Positions 27,186-41,778 of a DNA stretch of 64,000 nucleotides are shown piece after piece; position 1 is the stretch's first letter, and every line of letters begins with the position of its first letter. Both the position numbers and the translations under genes were made by a program. Under the pieces are notes generated by a model. It was not told where the DNA came from. It made no database searches and was given only the letters and a program-made list of their open reading frames with translations. The stretch covers positions 31,496,001 through 31,560,000 of the forward strand of contig OZ024757.1 in the NCBI GenBank assembly GCA_964016885.1. Reading direction: 5' to 3'. Origin of the DNA: Eledone cirrhosa (Eukaryota).

Positions 27186-27592
27186 ACACACACACAGACA
27201 CACACACACACAGAGACACAGACACACACAGATACACACAGAGACACAGACAGACATACAAATGTGTTATGTATAAGTGGTGCTGCTGTCTGAGACAAGA
27301 GCTGCACCGATAACTGCTGCTGTTGTTGCTGCTGCTTGAGATATCAGTGTCAGTGGTGGAGTTAGTACACTGTGCTGGTAGCTGGGATGTGTAATGGCGG
27401 GGGTAGTAGTGTGTGTATATATATATATATGTGTGTGTGTATATAGCATGTGTGTGTAATAAGTGTTGACGGCGATTTATATATACATACATATATATAT
27501 ATATATATACACACACACGCACATATATATATATATACACACACATATAAATATATATACACACACGCACATATATATATATATACACACAT

Positions 27593-27644
<52 letters not shown>

Positions 27645-27744
27645 CACACAGGCACACATATATATACACACATATATATATATACACACACACACACATA
27701 TATATATATATACATATACAAATATAAATGCGTGTGTGTAATAG

Positions 27745-29945
27745 TGTTGATGGCGGCGACAGTGATGATGAAGGTAGCGGTGGTGGTGGTGGCGGCGACA
27801 GCGATGATGATGGTAGCGGTGGTGGCGGTGGCGGTGATGACGAAGGTGTTGATGGCGGTGGCGGCGACAGTGATGATGAAGGTAGCGGTGGTGGTGGCGG
27901 CGGCGGCAGTGATGACGAAGGTAGCGGTGATGGCGATGGCGGCGACAGTAATGGCGAAGGTAGCTGTGGTGGTGGTGATGGCGATGGCGGCGACAGTGAT
28001 GACGAAGGTAGCTGTGGTGGTGGCCGCGGTGACAGTGGTGGCGGTGGTGGTGGTGGCGGCAGTGATGACGAAGGTAGCGGCGATGGCGGCGGCAGTGATG
28101 ACGAAGGCAGTGATGACGAAGGTAGCGGTGATGGTGATGGTGATGGCGATGGCGGCGACAGTGATGACGAAGGTAGCGGTGTTGGTGGCGGCGGCGACAG
28201 TGATGACGAAGGTAGCGGTGTTGGTGGCGGCGGCGGCAGTGATGACGAAGGTAGTGGTGTTGGTGGCGGCCGAGGCGGCGGCAGTGATGACGAAGGTAGC
28301 TGTGGTGGTGGTGGCTGTGGTGGTGGTGGCGATGGCGGCGACAGTGATGATGGCACAATAAGGAAAGAAAACTGGGTCAGGTGAGGTTACTACAATACAG
28401 TTGCGAAAGAGGTTTTATCATTGGTGGAGAAGTATGTCTATCGATGTGCACTTGAGTCAGCAGCAGCAGTAGCAGCTATTGCAGCAGCAGCAGCAGCAGG
28501 TACAACAGTAGTGGTGGTAGTGGTGGTAGTGGTAGTGGTGGTAGTAGTAGTAGTAGCAGCGACACCAACACCATATTATCATGACTATGATCACCATTAT
28601 TACTAAATATTACTATCGCAATCACCACCACCATCACCATCAACATCAACATCATCATCAACATCATCATCATCGCTATCGCCACCATCACCACCACCAT
28701 CATTACTATCGCCACCACCATCACTACTATCGCCATCACCACCACCACCATCACTACTATCGCCATCACCACCACCACCATCACTACTATCGCCACCACC
28801 ATCACTACATCACAACTATCGCCATCACCACCACTATCGCCACCACCACCACCACCACCATCACTATCTTACTATCGCCACCACCACCACCACCACCATC
28901 ACTACTATCGCCACCACCATCACCACCATTACTATCGACACCACCACCACCACCACCACCACCACCGCCACCACCATCACTATCGCCACCACCATCACCA
29001 CCATCACCACCATCACCACCATCACTATCGCCACTATCGCCACCATCGCCACCATCACTATCATTACTATAGCAATCACCTTCAGCATTTTCGCCATCAT
29101 CACTATCGCAATCACCACCACCTTCAGTATCATCACCATCGCCATCATCACTATAGCAATTACCAGCACCACCATCACCATCTTCGCCATCACAATCACC
29201 ACAAGCGTCTTCCCCACCATCATCATAACTATTACCATCACATCACCACCACAATGACCACCTCAACATTCGACTACCACCACTACCACTACCACCACAT
29301 TCACCACACGGCTACCACCACCACAACACATCACCACATTCACCACTACACCACCACCACATTCACCACACGACTACCACCACCACTACCACTACAACCG
29401 CCACAACACATCACCACCACACCACTACCACCACCACTACACTACCACCACCACCACACGACTACCACCACCACTACCACTACAACCGCCACAACACATC
29501 ACCACCACACCACTACCACCACCACTACCACCACCACACCACTACCACCACCACTACCACCACCACACTACCACCACTACACTACCACCACTACACTACC
29601 ACCACCACACGACAATACACTACCACCACCACCACATTCACCACACGACTACCACTACAACCGCCACAACACATCACCACCACACCACTACCACCACCAC
29701 TACACTACCACCACCACACGACAATACACTACCACCACCACCACATTCACCACACGACTACCACCACCACTACCACTACAACCGCCACAACACATCACCA
29801 CCACACCACCACCACCACCACCATACGACAATACACTACCACCACCACCACATTCACCACACGACTACCACCACCACTACCACTACAACCGCCACAACAC
29901 ATCACTACCACCACCACACGACAATACACTACCACCACCACCACG
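27745..29945. repeat. GGT/GGC/GAT and CAC/TAC trinucleotide-based low-complexity tracts (also 12955-13110, 13250-13690, 23600-24395)
   Basis: Degenerate triplet repeats giving spurious poly-Gly/Val/Thr/His/Pro ORFs. Confidence 0.9.
28368..28462 (+). promoter_or_regulatory. Candidate intronic enhancer: consensus RORE/DR4 and AP-1/MARE motif
   Basis: AAACTGGGTCA (WAWNTRGGTCA) + ggtg + AGGTTA; TGAGTCAGCA at 28453-28462; ~110-bp unique island between triplet repeats. Confidence 0.4.
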
Positions 29946-30723
29946 ACCGCCATCAGCACGGTCAGGTCATTGACAACATAAATCGAACCAGCCAGTAGCA
30001 AAATGCCCTTTTGAAGGATGTGTGGTAGGAGTAGAAAAATGTTCTGTGGAGAGAGAGGGAGAGACAGACAGAAGGGGAGGAGATTGCAAAGATACTGAGA
30101 TAGAGAGAGAGGGGGAAAGATTGGATAGACGCTGAGCGAGAGAGAGATTGGATAGACGCTGAGAGAGAGAGAGATTGGAAAGACGCTGAGAGAGAGAGGC
30201 AGAGATGGGAAAGACGCTGAGACAGGGAGAGGGGGAGAGATTGGAAAGACGCTGAGACGGAGAGGGGGAGAAAGGGACAGGAAGAGGGAGAAAAGAGATA
30301 CAGAAACATATAGAGAGAGGAGGGGAAGAGAGAGAGAATAGAATCTGAGAGTGACTGAGAAAGAAAGTAATAGGTAGAAAGTGAAGAGAGAGGAGAATTA
30401 CAAGAGGCAGAGAGAGAATTGTTTTCTTCAAAAGATTTATTGATCTCCGTTGTTTATCCAACTTAACATCCGTTTTATACACACACTACATATATATATA
30501 CTACATATATATATATACACATATATATACTCACCTTTCTCTCCGTTTATACACATACATACATATATACACACACATATGTGTGTATATGTATATATTT
30601 GTGTGAGTGTATATATATATATATATATAAATGTGTGTATATATGTTATATATATGTGTGTGCGTGTATGTGTATATATATATTTTTGTGTGTGTATATA
30701 TATATCTATATTGTGTGTGTTTG

Positions 30724-30754
<31 letters not shown>

Positions 30755-30765
30755 GTGTGTGTTTG

Positions 30766-30796
<31 letters not shown>

Positions 30797-31039
30797 GTGT
30801 GTGTGTGTGTATAAATATGTGTGTGTGTATACAGTCCAAAAATATATACACCATTCGAATAAATATTGCCTGTACAGGTAATCAAACTGTATACATTTTT
30901 GGGGGACACCCTGTATGTAGGTTTAAACTTGACCGTAGGGCTTACATGCTTTAGATATCTACTCTAAAAGAGATGGTTGAGGAAATGGTCTTTACTAGTC
31001 TCATTAATAGCATCTTATACACACACGTGTATATATGTG

Positions 31040-31078
<39 letters not shown>

Positions 31079-31125
31079 TTATGCACACACACACATATTT
31101 CTCCATACACATATATTTATACATG

Positions 31126-31206
<81 letters not shown>

Positions 31207-31377
31207 ATTGAGTACCTTACTGTGGTTACCTCCCATTGAACCCGGGACTCACACACATATATATATATATATATATACATACATACATACATACACGTAT
31301 ATATATACATACATACACATATAGACAGGTATATATTAATATATTTACATACACCCCCACAAATATTCAATTCCTCC

Positions 31378-32045
31378 ACTAGTCACCCTGTCTACCCCAC
31401 TAGTCACCCTGTCTACCCCACTAGTCACCCTGTCTACCCCACTAGTCACCCTGTCTACCCCACTAGTCACCCTGTCTACCCCCACTAGTCACCTTGTCTA
31501 CCCCCACTAGTCACCCTGTCTACCCCACTAGTCACCCTGTCTACCCCACTAGTCACCTTGTCTACCCCACTAGTCACCCTGTCTACCCCACTAGTCACCC
31601 TGTCTACCCCCACTAGTCACCCTGTCTACCCCACTAGTCACCCTGTCTACCCCACTAGTCACCCTGTCTACCCCCACTAGTCACCTTGTCTACCCCCACT
31701 AGTCACCTTGTCTACCCCCACTAGTCACCTTGTCTACCCCCACTAGTCACCTTGTCTACCCCACTAGTCACCCTGTCTACCCCACTAGTCACCTTGTCTA
31801 CCCCCACTAGTCACCTTGTCTACCCCCACTAGTCACCCTGTCTACCCCACTAGTGACCCTGCCTACCCCACTAGTCACACTGTCTAACCCCACTAGTCAC
31901 ACTGTCTAACCCCACTAGTCACACTGTCTAACCCCACTAGTCACACTGTCTAACCCCACTAGTCACCCTGTCTAACCCCACTAGTCACCCTGTCTATCCC
32001 ACTAGTCACCCTGTCTACCCCACTAGTCACCCTGTCTAACCCCAC
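31378..32045. repeat. 21/22-bp minisatellite CCCCACTAGTCACCCTGTCTA, roughly 30 copies
   Basis: Direct inspection. Confidence 0.95.
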
Positions 32046-33059
32046 CTGCACCCCTCCACCGTGTCAACCTCTAGTCTTCGTTTGTTGCTTTTGACCTTTC
32101 ATCTAAACACCCCCCCACTCTTCCCCACCCACATATCAGTCTGTCCCCACCCCACATGTCAGTCTGCCCCCACCCCACATGTCAGTCTGCCCCTCCCCCC
32201 TCCACCACCACCACAAACATACACGTCTTTTCCTTTTTTTCTCCTGCATAATATATTAAAAAAATATATAATAATAATAAATCTTTGGCGCAAAACACAC
32301 AAAATATATTAGCACCCGCTTAACTATTAATATTTCAGGCAGATGGCATACCTGAGTATTTCTTCCTTTCTCACCACCCCAGCTCTCTCTCTCTCTCTGT
32401 CTCTCTCTGTCTCTCTATATATATGTATAACACTATCTTGGTATAATTGTCGAGTTTTTCTTTGTCATAGGACTGTGGCTATGCTGGGGTACTTTCCAAT
32501 ACTGGTTTCAAGTCATTAGACTGTGGTCATGCTTGAGCAGTGTTCCTTTACAAGTTTGAATCTCTAGATTGCGGTCATGATGTCTGCGTCTGCCAGCTAG
32601 TCTATTTGCCTGTCTGTCTGTCTGTCAGTCGGCTTGTCTGTCAGTCGGCTTGTCTGTCTGTCTGTCTGTCAGTCGGCCTGCCTGTATGCCTGTCTGTCTG
32701 TCTGTCTGTCTGTCAGTCGGCTTGTCTGTATGCCTGTCTGTCAGTCGGCCTGCCTGTATGTCTGTCTGTCTGTCTGTCTGTCAGTCGCCAATCTGCATGT
32801 CTGCAAAAAGATCATATTTCTTTCCTTAATTCTCGCCCCACTTAACCGTTTATACGAGCAGATAAGGGAAAATATGTACGTGTGTAAGTGTGTGTACGCG
32901 TGTGTGTATAAGTGTGTACGCGTGTGTGTAAAACATACACGCTTATTTAATCAAGTCTGCATATCTACATGCTGTACGACTTTATGCACATGCCAATGTG
33001 TGAGGGGGGGCGGGGGGTTACATGCCAGTGTATGTATGTGTACTTGTCTGTATGTGTGT

Positions 33060-33440
33060 GTGTACATGCCAGTATATTATGTATGTGTGTGTGTGTACAT
33101 GCCAGTATATTATGTATGTGTGTGTGTACATGCCAGTATATTATGTATGTGTGTGTGTACATGCCAGTATATTATGTATGTGTGTGTGTGTACATGCCAG
33201 TATATTATGTGTGTGTGTGTGTGTACATGCCAGTATATTATGTATGTGTGTGTGTACATGCCAGTATATTATGTATGTGTGTGTGTACATGCCAGTATAT
33301 TATGTATGTGTGTGTGTACATGCCAGTATATTATGTATGTGTGTGTGTACATGCCAGTATATTATGTATGCGTGTGTGTGTGTACATGCCAGTATATTAT
33401 GTATGTGTGTGTGTGTGTGTACATGCCAGTATATTATGTA
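33060..33440. repeat. ~30-34-bp minisatellite GTACATGCCAGTATATTATGTAT(GT)n
   Basis: Direct inspection. Confidence 0.9.
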
Positions 33441-33536
33441 TGTATGTATGTGCGTGTATGCATATGATACGCGTCTAAAGAATCCCGGGATTGCAAGGAA
33501 AGAGAATCTGACCTGGGTCTTTAAGAACCCTAAGAC

Positions 33537-33709
33537 CAGACATGTCAAACTGAGGGCCCCCCTAGGGCCACACACGTGTTGTCTGAAGCCCACAACTAAT
33601 TATCAACATTACAGCTAAATTTAAAAAAAAAACATGCTCGCGCTGTAAAAAATCTTTTTATGTGGGCCTTAGGTGTGGTTGTTGAAGGGCCCCATGTTTG
33701 ACATGTCTG
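33537..33709. mobile_element. hAT (Charlie-like) MITE
   Basis: 14-bp TIR CAGACATGTCAAAC / GTTTGACATGTCTG; right flank CTCTAGAC fits the NTCTAGAN target, left flank CCTAAGAC is degenerate. Confidence 0.7.
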
Positions 33710-34526
33710 CTCTAGACTATATACATTGAGCATGGGGTAGAGGGGGTTGGAAGGGGAATAAGGACGGCTGTGGTGGGGGGGAGTAAATGTGACCTAGGTT
33801 TTTTCAGAACCCCAGGACTATATTGCAAAGAGTTTATTAAACTAAACTATACAATATAAATGGCGAGAAATAAAATGGAGTTTGTAAGGGAGCTTGTAAG
33901 GGGAGGAGAAGGCGGAGTTAGAAAAATTAGAAGGTAAACGCTTTACATTCATAAAAATGTACAGTACATGTAACACATACACACGTACACATATGTATAC
34001 ACACTCACTAGATACATGCGTATGTATATGTAAATAGATACATATGTATATTGATAAAAATGTGTGTGTATATATATATATAGATAGATAGATAGATACA
34101 TATGTGTATATAGATATGTGTGTGTGTATATATAAATACACACACACATAGATACATTTGTGTGATATATATATATATATATAATGTGTGTACATGCCAG
34201 TTTATGTATATGTATTATAGCCTTCTATCTCTCTCAACGTTAAATATATATTTATATAGATACATTTGCACACAGACACACATACACACACATATATATA
34301 TAAAATATTTATACATTTGCACATATATAGATAGATACATATCTACAGACACACACAATAGTCATATGTACTCTTAATCGTGGTTTAAATCGGAGGCTCA
34401 AATCTTACATCACCATGTTTACAAGTTGTTTTGTACATCCTTTGTTCTACATAACAGCATCGAGTGCCGTCTCATGTTTTGTTTTGTTTTCAACCTACGA
34501 CAGTGCGTGTAATATATATATATATT

Positions 34527-34710
34527 TATTTTATTATATATATTTCAAGGGCAGACAAGGTAAATTATGGTGCGCTTTCATCAGATAAAATACAGATTTG
34601 TTTTATAAATAAAATACAGATTTGTTTTATAAATAAATAAATCTGTATTTTATCTGATGAAAGCGCACCATAATTTACCTTTGTTGCCCTTGAAATATAT
34701 ATAATAAAAG
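34527..34710. ncRNA. Divergent inverted pair of family A hammerheads (34527-34592 minus, 34646-34710 plus)
   Basis: Both copies keep CTGATGA, GAAA, TATATA-TA and stem I. Confidence 0.68.
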
Positions 34711-34840
34711 AAATATGGTTTTATAAATATAGTTTCCATTTATTAATATATTCTGTATTTACCCCCACTAACTTGTTGAGTGCTTTATATCAGTTATATT
34801 TTTTAAGCTTGTTGAATCCCAACAAATTAAATATAACCTC

Positions 34841-34889
<49 letters not shown>

Positions 34890-35397
34890 CCAAATGTTAA
34901 ACAAGGTTCATTGATTATTCAATGAATACAGTTTTACAATAGATTAAAAGCACTCAACATTGACATTTTCTGGAGTTATTAAATACTCCAATATTATTCA
35001 ATATATTAAATGGATAATTGTATCCATTTATTAATATTTTGAATAATATATATATATATATAAATAAATATATATATATATATATCCGAAATTTAAATTA
35101 AATTAAGGGTGTCATGTCAGAGAGACATGCACCATATCCACTGTAAAATATGCTCCAAGATTCCAATTAATAGATCCGGGCATTTTATATCAACACCAAT
35201 CGATTAATTGGTGAAATATATTTTTGTAATGAAATATATACAAGGAAGATTAATCAATTTATAAGGTATCTATTTTTGAAGTTCTAGTTAAACTTTAATT
35301 AGTTACCTACCTAGCTGTGTGTGATTACACACTTTTACAAATTATCCCTTGTGATTGTTTCATATGTTTATTTCAGATATATATGTCAATCAATTTC

Positions 35398-35458
<61 letters not shown>

Positions 35459-35528
35459 CGTTAAGTGTGAAATTTGTATAAATTTGATTTTTTTTCTACA
35501 ACTTTCTACACATTTCATACTTGACGGT

Positions 35529-35587
<59 letters not shown>

Positions 35588-35630
35588 TTGTGTACATAAG
35601 CAGCACAGTTAAAAGTTGCATAAATTCGTG

Positions 35631-35669
<39 letters not shown>

Positions 35670-35678
35670 TAATATATA

Positions 35679-35753
35679 CAGGGGTGTCCCCAAAAATGTA
35701 TACACTTTTATTAAAATGTTGAAGTGTGTATACATTTTGGGGGGAACACCCTG
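35679..35753. mobile_element. Tc1/mariner-type palindromic MITE (extra half copies at ~30888-30915 and 35822-35852)
   Basis: TA-CAGGGGTGTCCCCAAAAATGTATACAC ... GTGTATACATTTTGGGGGGAACACCCTG-TA. Confidence 0.75.
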
Positions 35754-36224
35754 TATATATATTCATAATAGACTGTGTGTGTGTATATATACACACACGG
35801 TCTATTATGTGTATGTATATACAGGGTGTTCCCCCAAAATGTAGACACACTTATATATACATATATACACACACACAAACATATCTATATATATATAGAG
35901 AGAGAGAGAGAGATTGACCAACCGTGTATATACATAACAGACCGTATACATACATAATACATACATAATAGAAAGTGTATATATATATATATATATATAT
36001 AACTGTAGCTGTGTGTCAGTCAGTCAGTGGGACAGACATTTTAATGTGGACTGGCGGTGAGAAGGGGGGAGGGGGATATAGTCAGATCAATGCTTCTCCT
36101 CTCATATTTCCCTCTCTTTCTCTTACGAACTACCTCACACTACCCCCCCCCCCATCACCTCCTTACACTATCTTTCTCCCAATCACCATTGACTCTATTT
36201 ATCTTTCTTTCATATTTCTCTCTC

Positions 36225-36745
36225 TCTCTCAATATTTTTCTCTGTCTCTCTCTCTCTCACTCTCAATATTTCGCTCTCTCTCTCGCACAATATTTCTCTT
36301 TCTCTCTCTCTCTCTCAATATTTCGCTCTCTCTCTCAATATTTCGCTCTCTCTTTCTCTCTCTCTCTCTCAATATTTCGCTCTCTCTCTCAATATTTCGC
36401 TCTCTCTCACAATATTTCTCTTTCTCTCTCTCACAATATTTCTCTTTCTCTCTCTCACAATATTTCTCTTTCTCTCTCTCACAATATTTCTTTCTCTTTC
36501 TCTCTCTCACAATATTTCTTTCTCTTTCTCTCACTCTCTCTCACAATATTTCTCTTTCTCTCTCTCTCTCTCTCAATATTTCGCTCTCTCTCTCTCTCAC
36601 AATATTTCTCTTTCTCCCACTCTCTCTCACAATATTTCTCTTGCTCTCTTTCTCTCTCACAATATTTCTCTTGCTCTCTCTCAATATTTCGCTCTCTCTC
36701 TCTCAATATTTCTCTCTCTTTCCCTCTCAATATTTCTCTCTCTTT
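36225..36745. repeat. CAATATTTC(TC)n compound minisatellite
   Basis: Direct inspection. Confidence 0.85.
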
Positions 36746-36787
36746 CCCTCTCTCACTACCTTTTACTATCTTTTTCTCAACCCTAAG

Positions 36788-36824
<37 letters not shown>

Positions 36825-37894
36825 CTCTCTGTCAGGAAAAGGCCAAGGAGAGAACGAAGACACATGCTTTAGGCTGTCTGTGTGTCTGTCTTTCTGTTGT
36901 ATCTCAGAAAACAACAAAGAATGTATTAGAAAACACGGCTATGTATGTGTAAAGTTAAACCCCCTTCTCTCCGCCCTGTCTATCAGTCCAACCCCCTATC
37001 GTCTGTATGTCTGTCTACACCACCTCTGCCCATTTCAATGGGCGCTTATTTTTAAAAAATACTTTTTTTTTGTTTTTTTTAAAATAATCGAAGTATTATG
37101 TAAATGTGAAAGTTTGTAAATGTGACAAACCCAACAGCAGTAACTGACTGTAACAACAGACGATCGCTAAAAAACAATACAGATTTGCCAAACTTTGAAA
37201 CTCTAAATGGGGAATACCATGAAAAAAAGTACCCCATAAGGGGGGACAATGAGACAAAATGGGAGGATTTTACATAATGGTTTCTTATATAGACACAAGG
37301 GCCAGGAATTTTGGGGGAGGGGAAAAGTCGATTAAATCGACCCCAGTGCGTGACTGGTACTTTATTTATCGACCCCATTAGGATGAAAGGCAAAGCTAAT
37401 CTCGGCGGGATTTGAACTCAGAACGTAAAAGGACAACTAAATGTTTGAAAGCATTTTACTCGACGCTATGATCTGGTAACCCACCACCACCCTATAATAA
37501 TCATAAAGGTTCGTAACTCTATGCTACAAAGTATGGCGTCCGGCCTCCTACCGATATTGCCAATCCACCGCTTTATGGGGGAGATTTCACATAATGGAAG
37601 CTCTAGCCATTTTCACAAGAGAAGTCATCTTTCACTTCTCCAAAACGTGGGTGAAAGATCTCCCCCGTCGGACGGAGAGAGTTGACAGGTCTGACAATAG
37701 CTTACAAAATCGGGTACCGTTCGTCGGGGAGTAATTTACCCGATCTTCTAAGCTATTATTTATAGCTATCGACTGTTTTTATAGTCAGTCACTGTATTTG
37801 GGAATCCCACATAACAATAACAAATTTGACAAATTTATTTTATACAAAAACTTTTAAGTCATGTTGTTACAGATACAATCTTCTTCGTAGCGGC

Positions 37895-38195
37895 CGCTTT
37901 AGAATATTTTCCCGTCTCTATGTCTATGGAGTAGAAACGTGGCCCCTCACTAAGACCCTGGCATAAAGGATTGACAGCTCCGATAGCAGAGCCTTGAGGG
38001 CCATCAAAAGCATCAGATGGGATCACCACGTTTCCAACGAAATGTTGCGTGCGTGCATGCATCATCCCACAGCTTTCTACACCATAGTTATCTGCCGCAT
38101 GCGCTGGTACCGACATGTCCTTCGCCACCCAGCAGATCATCAAACCAGGGCCTTACACACGTTCGACGCAGCGGCTGCAGGCTGGAAGAGGCCCT
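37895..38195 (+). mobile_element. RTE-clade LINE ORF fragment (post-RT region)
   Basis: YGVETWPLTKTLA*RIDSSDSRALRAIKSIRWDHHVSNEML...RMRWYRHVLR matches the RTE pattern YG.ETW...LR.I..I.W...VSNEE...RLRWFGHV.R; one in-frame stop. Confidence 0.85.
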
Positions 38196-38251
38196 CATAC
38201 ACACGTGTGTGCATGTATTATATGTATGTATATATATATAATGTACGTATT

Positions 38252-38590
38252 ATGGAGGCACATGGCTTAGTGGTTAGAGCATTGGCTTTGCAGTCGATAG
38301 GTTGGGAGTTCAATTCTCAGACCGGGAGATGTGTTGTTTCCTTGAGCAAGACACTTTATTTCACATTGCTCCAGTTTACTCAGCTGTAGAAATGAGATGA
38401 TAGGGACTGGGGTCCCTCTCATTCCACTGCAAAGTGGTCGTGCAGGTGACACGGCAAAAAAAGCACCCAGCACTCTCTGTAAATGAGGTTGGTGTTAGGA
38501 AGGGCATCCAGCTGTAGAAATCAAGCCAGCATCAGTTCCTGTCCCACCCTTGCAAGCAGGGAAAAGTGGACGTAAAATGATGATGATGAT
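38252..38590 (+). mobile_element. tRNA-derived SINE with RTE-type body and tail (family S3)
   Basis: A box TGGCTTAGTGG, B box GAGTTCAATTC, CCTTGAGCAAGACACTT core, AGGAAGGGCATCCAGC segment, and a tail nearly identical to the RTE end at 46388-46440. Confidence 0.88.
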
Positions 38591-39377
38591 GTATGTGTAT
38601 ATGTGTATGTATGTATATGTATGTATGTATGTTTGTGTGTATATATATATATATACGTATGTGTTGTAGTCATGCAATAGTCATTTCTATATTAAATATG
38701 AACCTATTCTAATGAATTGAGTACTTTATTGAAGGGTATTCTCCTACCTTTTCCTTCGGAAAATCGTTCAATTATATATAGGTTTGAACTATGTATATAT
38801 ATAATATAATATAATATATATATATATATATATATTGTAATATATATATATTTAGTATACATATATTACATAATATTGGATATATATAGTGATGTATCAT
38901 AAATATATATCGTACGTATATTATATATATATATACTATATATATTTTTATAGTACATATGTATATGCATATATATTAAATATAATATATATATTATGTA
39001 TATTTGTATATATATTATATATATTTATATATTGTAATATATATATATATTTAGTATACATATATTACATAATATTGAATATATATAGATATATCATAAA
39101 TATTTATCGTACGTATATTATATATAGTTTTATAGTACATATGTATATGCATATATATTAAATATAATATATATATTATGTATATTTGTATATATATTAT
39201 ATATATATATGTATATATACATATATGTCTATATGTAATATATAAACATATATATATAGTACATATACATATATATATAGTATATAAACATATATATAGT
39301 TATATATATATAATATATATCATATATATACATATATAGATAATATATGTACACATATAAATATACATATATATAGT

Positions 39378-39418
<41 letters not shown>

Positions 39419-39421
39419 GTT

Positions 39422-39453
<32 letters not shown>

Positions 39454-39509
39454 GTTATATATATAAACACATATTAATATACATATAAATATACATGTAT
39501 ATATATATG

Positions 39510-39568
<59 letters not shown>

Positions 39569-39686
39569 TATACATATATATATACATATATACACACATA
39601 TACATATATACATATATACATATATACATATACATATATAACATATATATACATATACATATATACATATACAAATATATATATTA

Positions 39687-39736
<50 letters not shown>

Positions 39737-39930
39737 CATATATACATATACATATTATATACATCTTTAATAAACGAAGCCAAATCTTAAATATTTGACT
39801 TAATTACTTTATTTTATATTACACACACACACACATATATATACACATATACATATATACACATATACATATATATATACACACATATACATATATATAT
39901 TATATACATATATTATATACATATACAGAC

Positions 39931-39965
<35 letters not shown>

Positions 39966-40104
39966 CATATATATATACACACATATACATATATATATTA
40001 TACACATATACATTTACATATAAATATTACATATACATATATATTATACATATTATATATATATATCTATGCTAGCATGGAAAATAGACGTTAAACGATG
40101 ATGA

Positions 40105-40152
<48 letters not shown>

Positions 40153-40191
40153 GATATTAATAAATGGAAACTATATTTATAAAACCATATT

Positions 40192-40255
40192 TATTTCATT
40201 ATACATATTTCAGGGATACCAAATTAAATTATGGTATGCCTTCATCAGACAAAAT

Positions 40256-40256
<1 letters not shown>
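40192..40256 (-). ncRNA. Minimal hammerhead ribozyme, family A variant (A2)
   Basis: TATTTTGT-CTGATGA-AGGCATACC...GGTATCCCT-GAAA-TATGTA-TA-ATGAAATA; stem changes relative to family A keep pairing. Confidence 0.7.
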
Positions 40257-40305
<49 letters not shown>

Positions 40306-40913
40306 TATATTATATATACATGTACCATCTATGGGTGTGTTTCATAGCTGTAGTATTTTCTAAGAAAGAATCAAAGTCTAGACAGCGCTACTACTTGCTA
40401 TTACACACTGTTACATCATTATATAACCACAGTCTAAGCTCTTTGTCTTTCGTTGCAAGATCAAACGTCTGCTCGTTTACGTGTGTAAAAGGGAATATTT
40501 TTTTAGTGGTATATTCGCAAGATATGTCTTGAGGGATGAGTGTGTATATATAGATATATACATATGCATATATATAGACATATAAGTGTGTATATAATCT
40601 ATATAGATAGATAGATAGATATATACATATGCCTATATATAGACATATATCTATATATAGATATAGACATATGCCTATATATAGACATATATCTATGTAT
40701 ATATATATATAGAGAGAGATATAGAGAGATAGATAGATATATACATATGCCTATATATAGATATATACATATGCCTATATATAGATATATACATATGCAT
40801 ATATATATATACACACGTTTGTGTATATGCATATATACACATACGTTTATGTATATATATATATATATAATATACACACACACACGTTTATGTATATGCA
40901 TATATATATATGC

Positions 40914-40949
<36 letters not shown>

Positions 40950-41572
40950 GTGAGTGTGTGTTTATCCTACATAACATTCTTAAAGAAAACTTTACAGATA
41001 TACAGTTTCAAGTACAACCATTAAGATTATGTTGCTAAAATAAAACTAAACTGTCGCATTAACTATTCTAAAAAAGCAGAAGGTTTTTTTGTGATCTTAA
41101 AACGAAAGATTAATCTATCTTAAACGGTTTCAAAATGTACATCTAAAAACAAAAAAACGGTCATATTTTCCAAATTTTGGTGTTTTTTGACAAATAATTT
41201 CAAGTAGTTTTGTTTTCGTTTGAAATAACCGACTTTGAGATTTCTTTTTAACTTATTTGTAACATTCCAACACATGGCCAGGAAATGTTCAATATTGTAT
41301 AATAAACTGTATACACTACATATATATATATGTGTATATATGTGTGCGTGTATATATATATATGTATATATAATTATGTATATATATGAGTACTTAAAAT
41401 ATGTGTGTATATATATATATATATATAATGTGTATATGAGTACTTAAAATATGTGTGTATGTATATATGTATATATATATGCGTGTGTATATATATATGC
41501 GTGTATATATGTATATATATATATATGCGTGTGTATATCTATATATATATATGCGTGTGTATATCTATATAA

Positions 41573-41623
<51 letters not shown>

Positions 41624-41778
41624 GATATTAACAAATGGAAACTATATTTATAAAACCATATTTATTTCAAAGATACCAAGTTAAATTATGGTATGCCTTC
41701 ATCAGACAAAATACAATATATACCGGTCGCATTTTGAAAGGGTACGTCAATGCTTATTTGTAAAACTGATATATATTG

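Noticed and set aside
27728-28384. ORF with GGGGDSDDEGS repeats resembling an acidic Gly-rich structural protein (also Gly-rich ORFs at 13222 and 23596)
   Set aside because: Degenerate GGT/GAT triplet repeat open in several frames on both strands; no signal peptide, non-ATG start, no splice support.
32345-32385. Minus-strand donor-like CAG|GTATGC as an upstream NR1D exon
   Set aside because: Adjacent sequence runs into a GA microsatellite and encodes nothing LBD-like.
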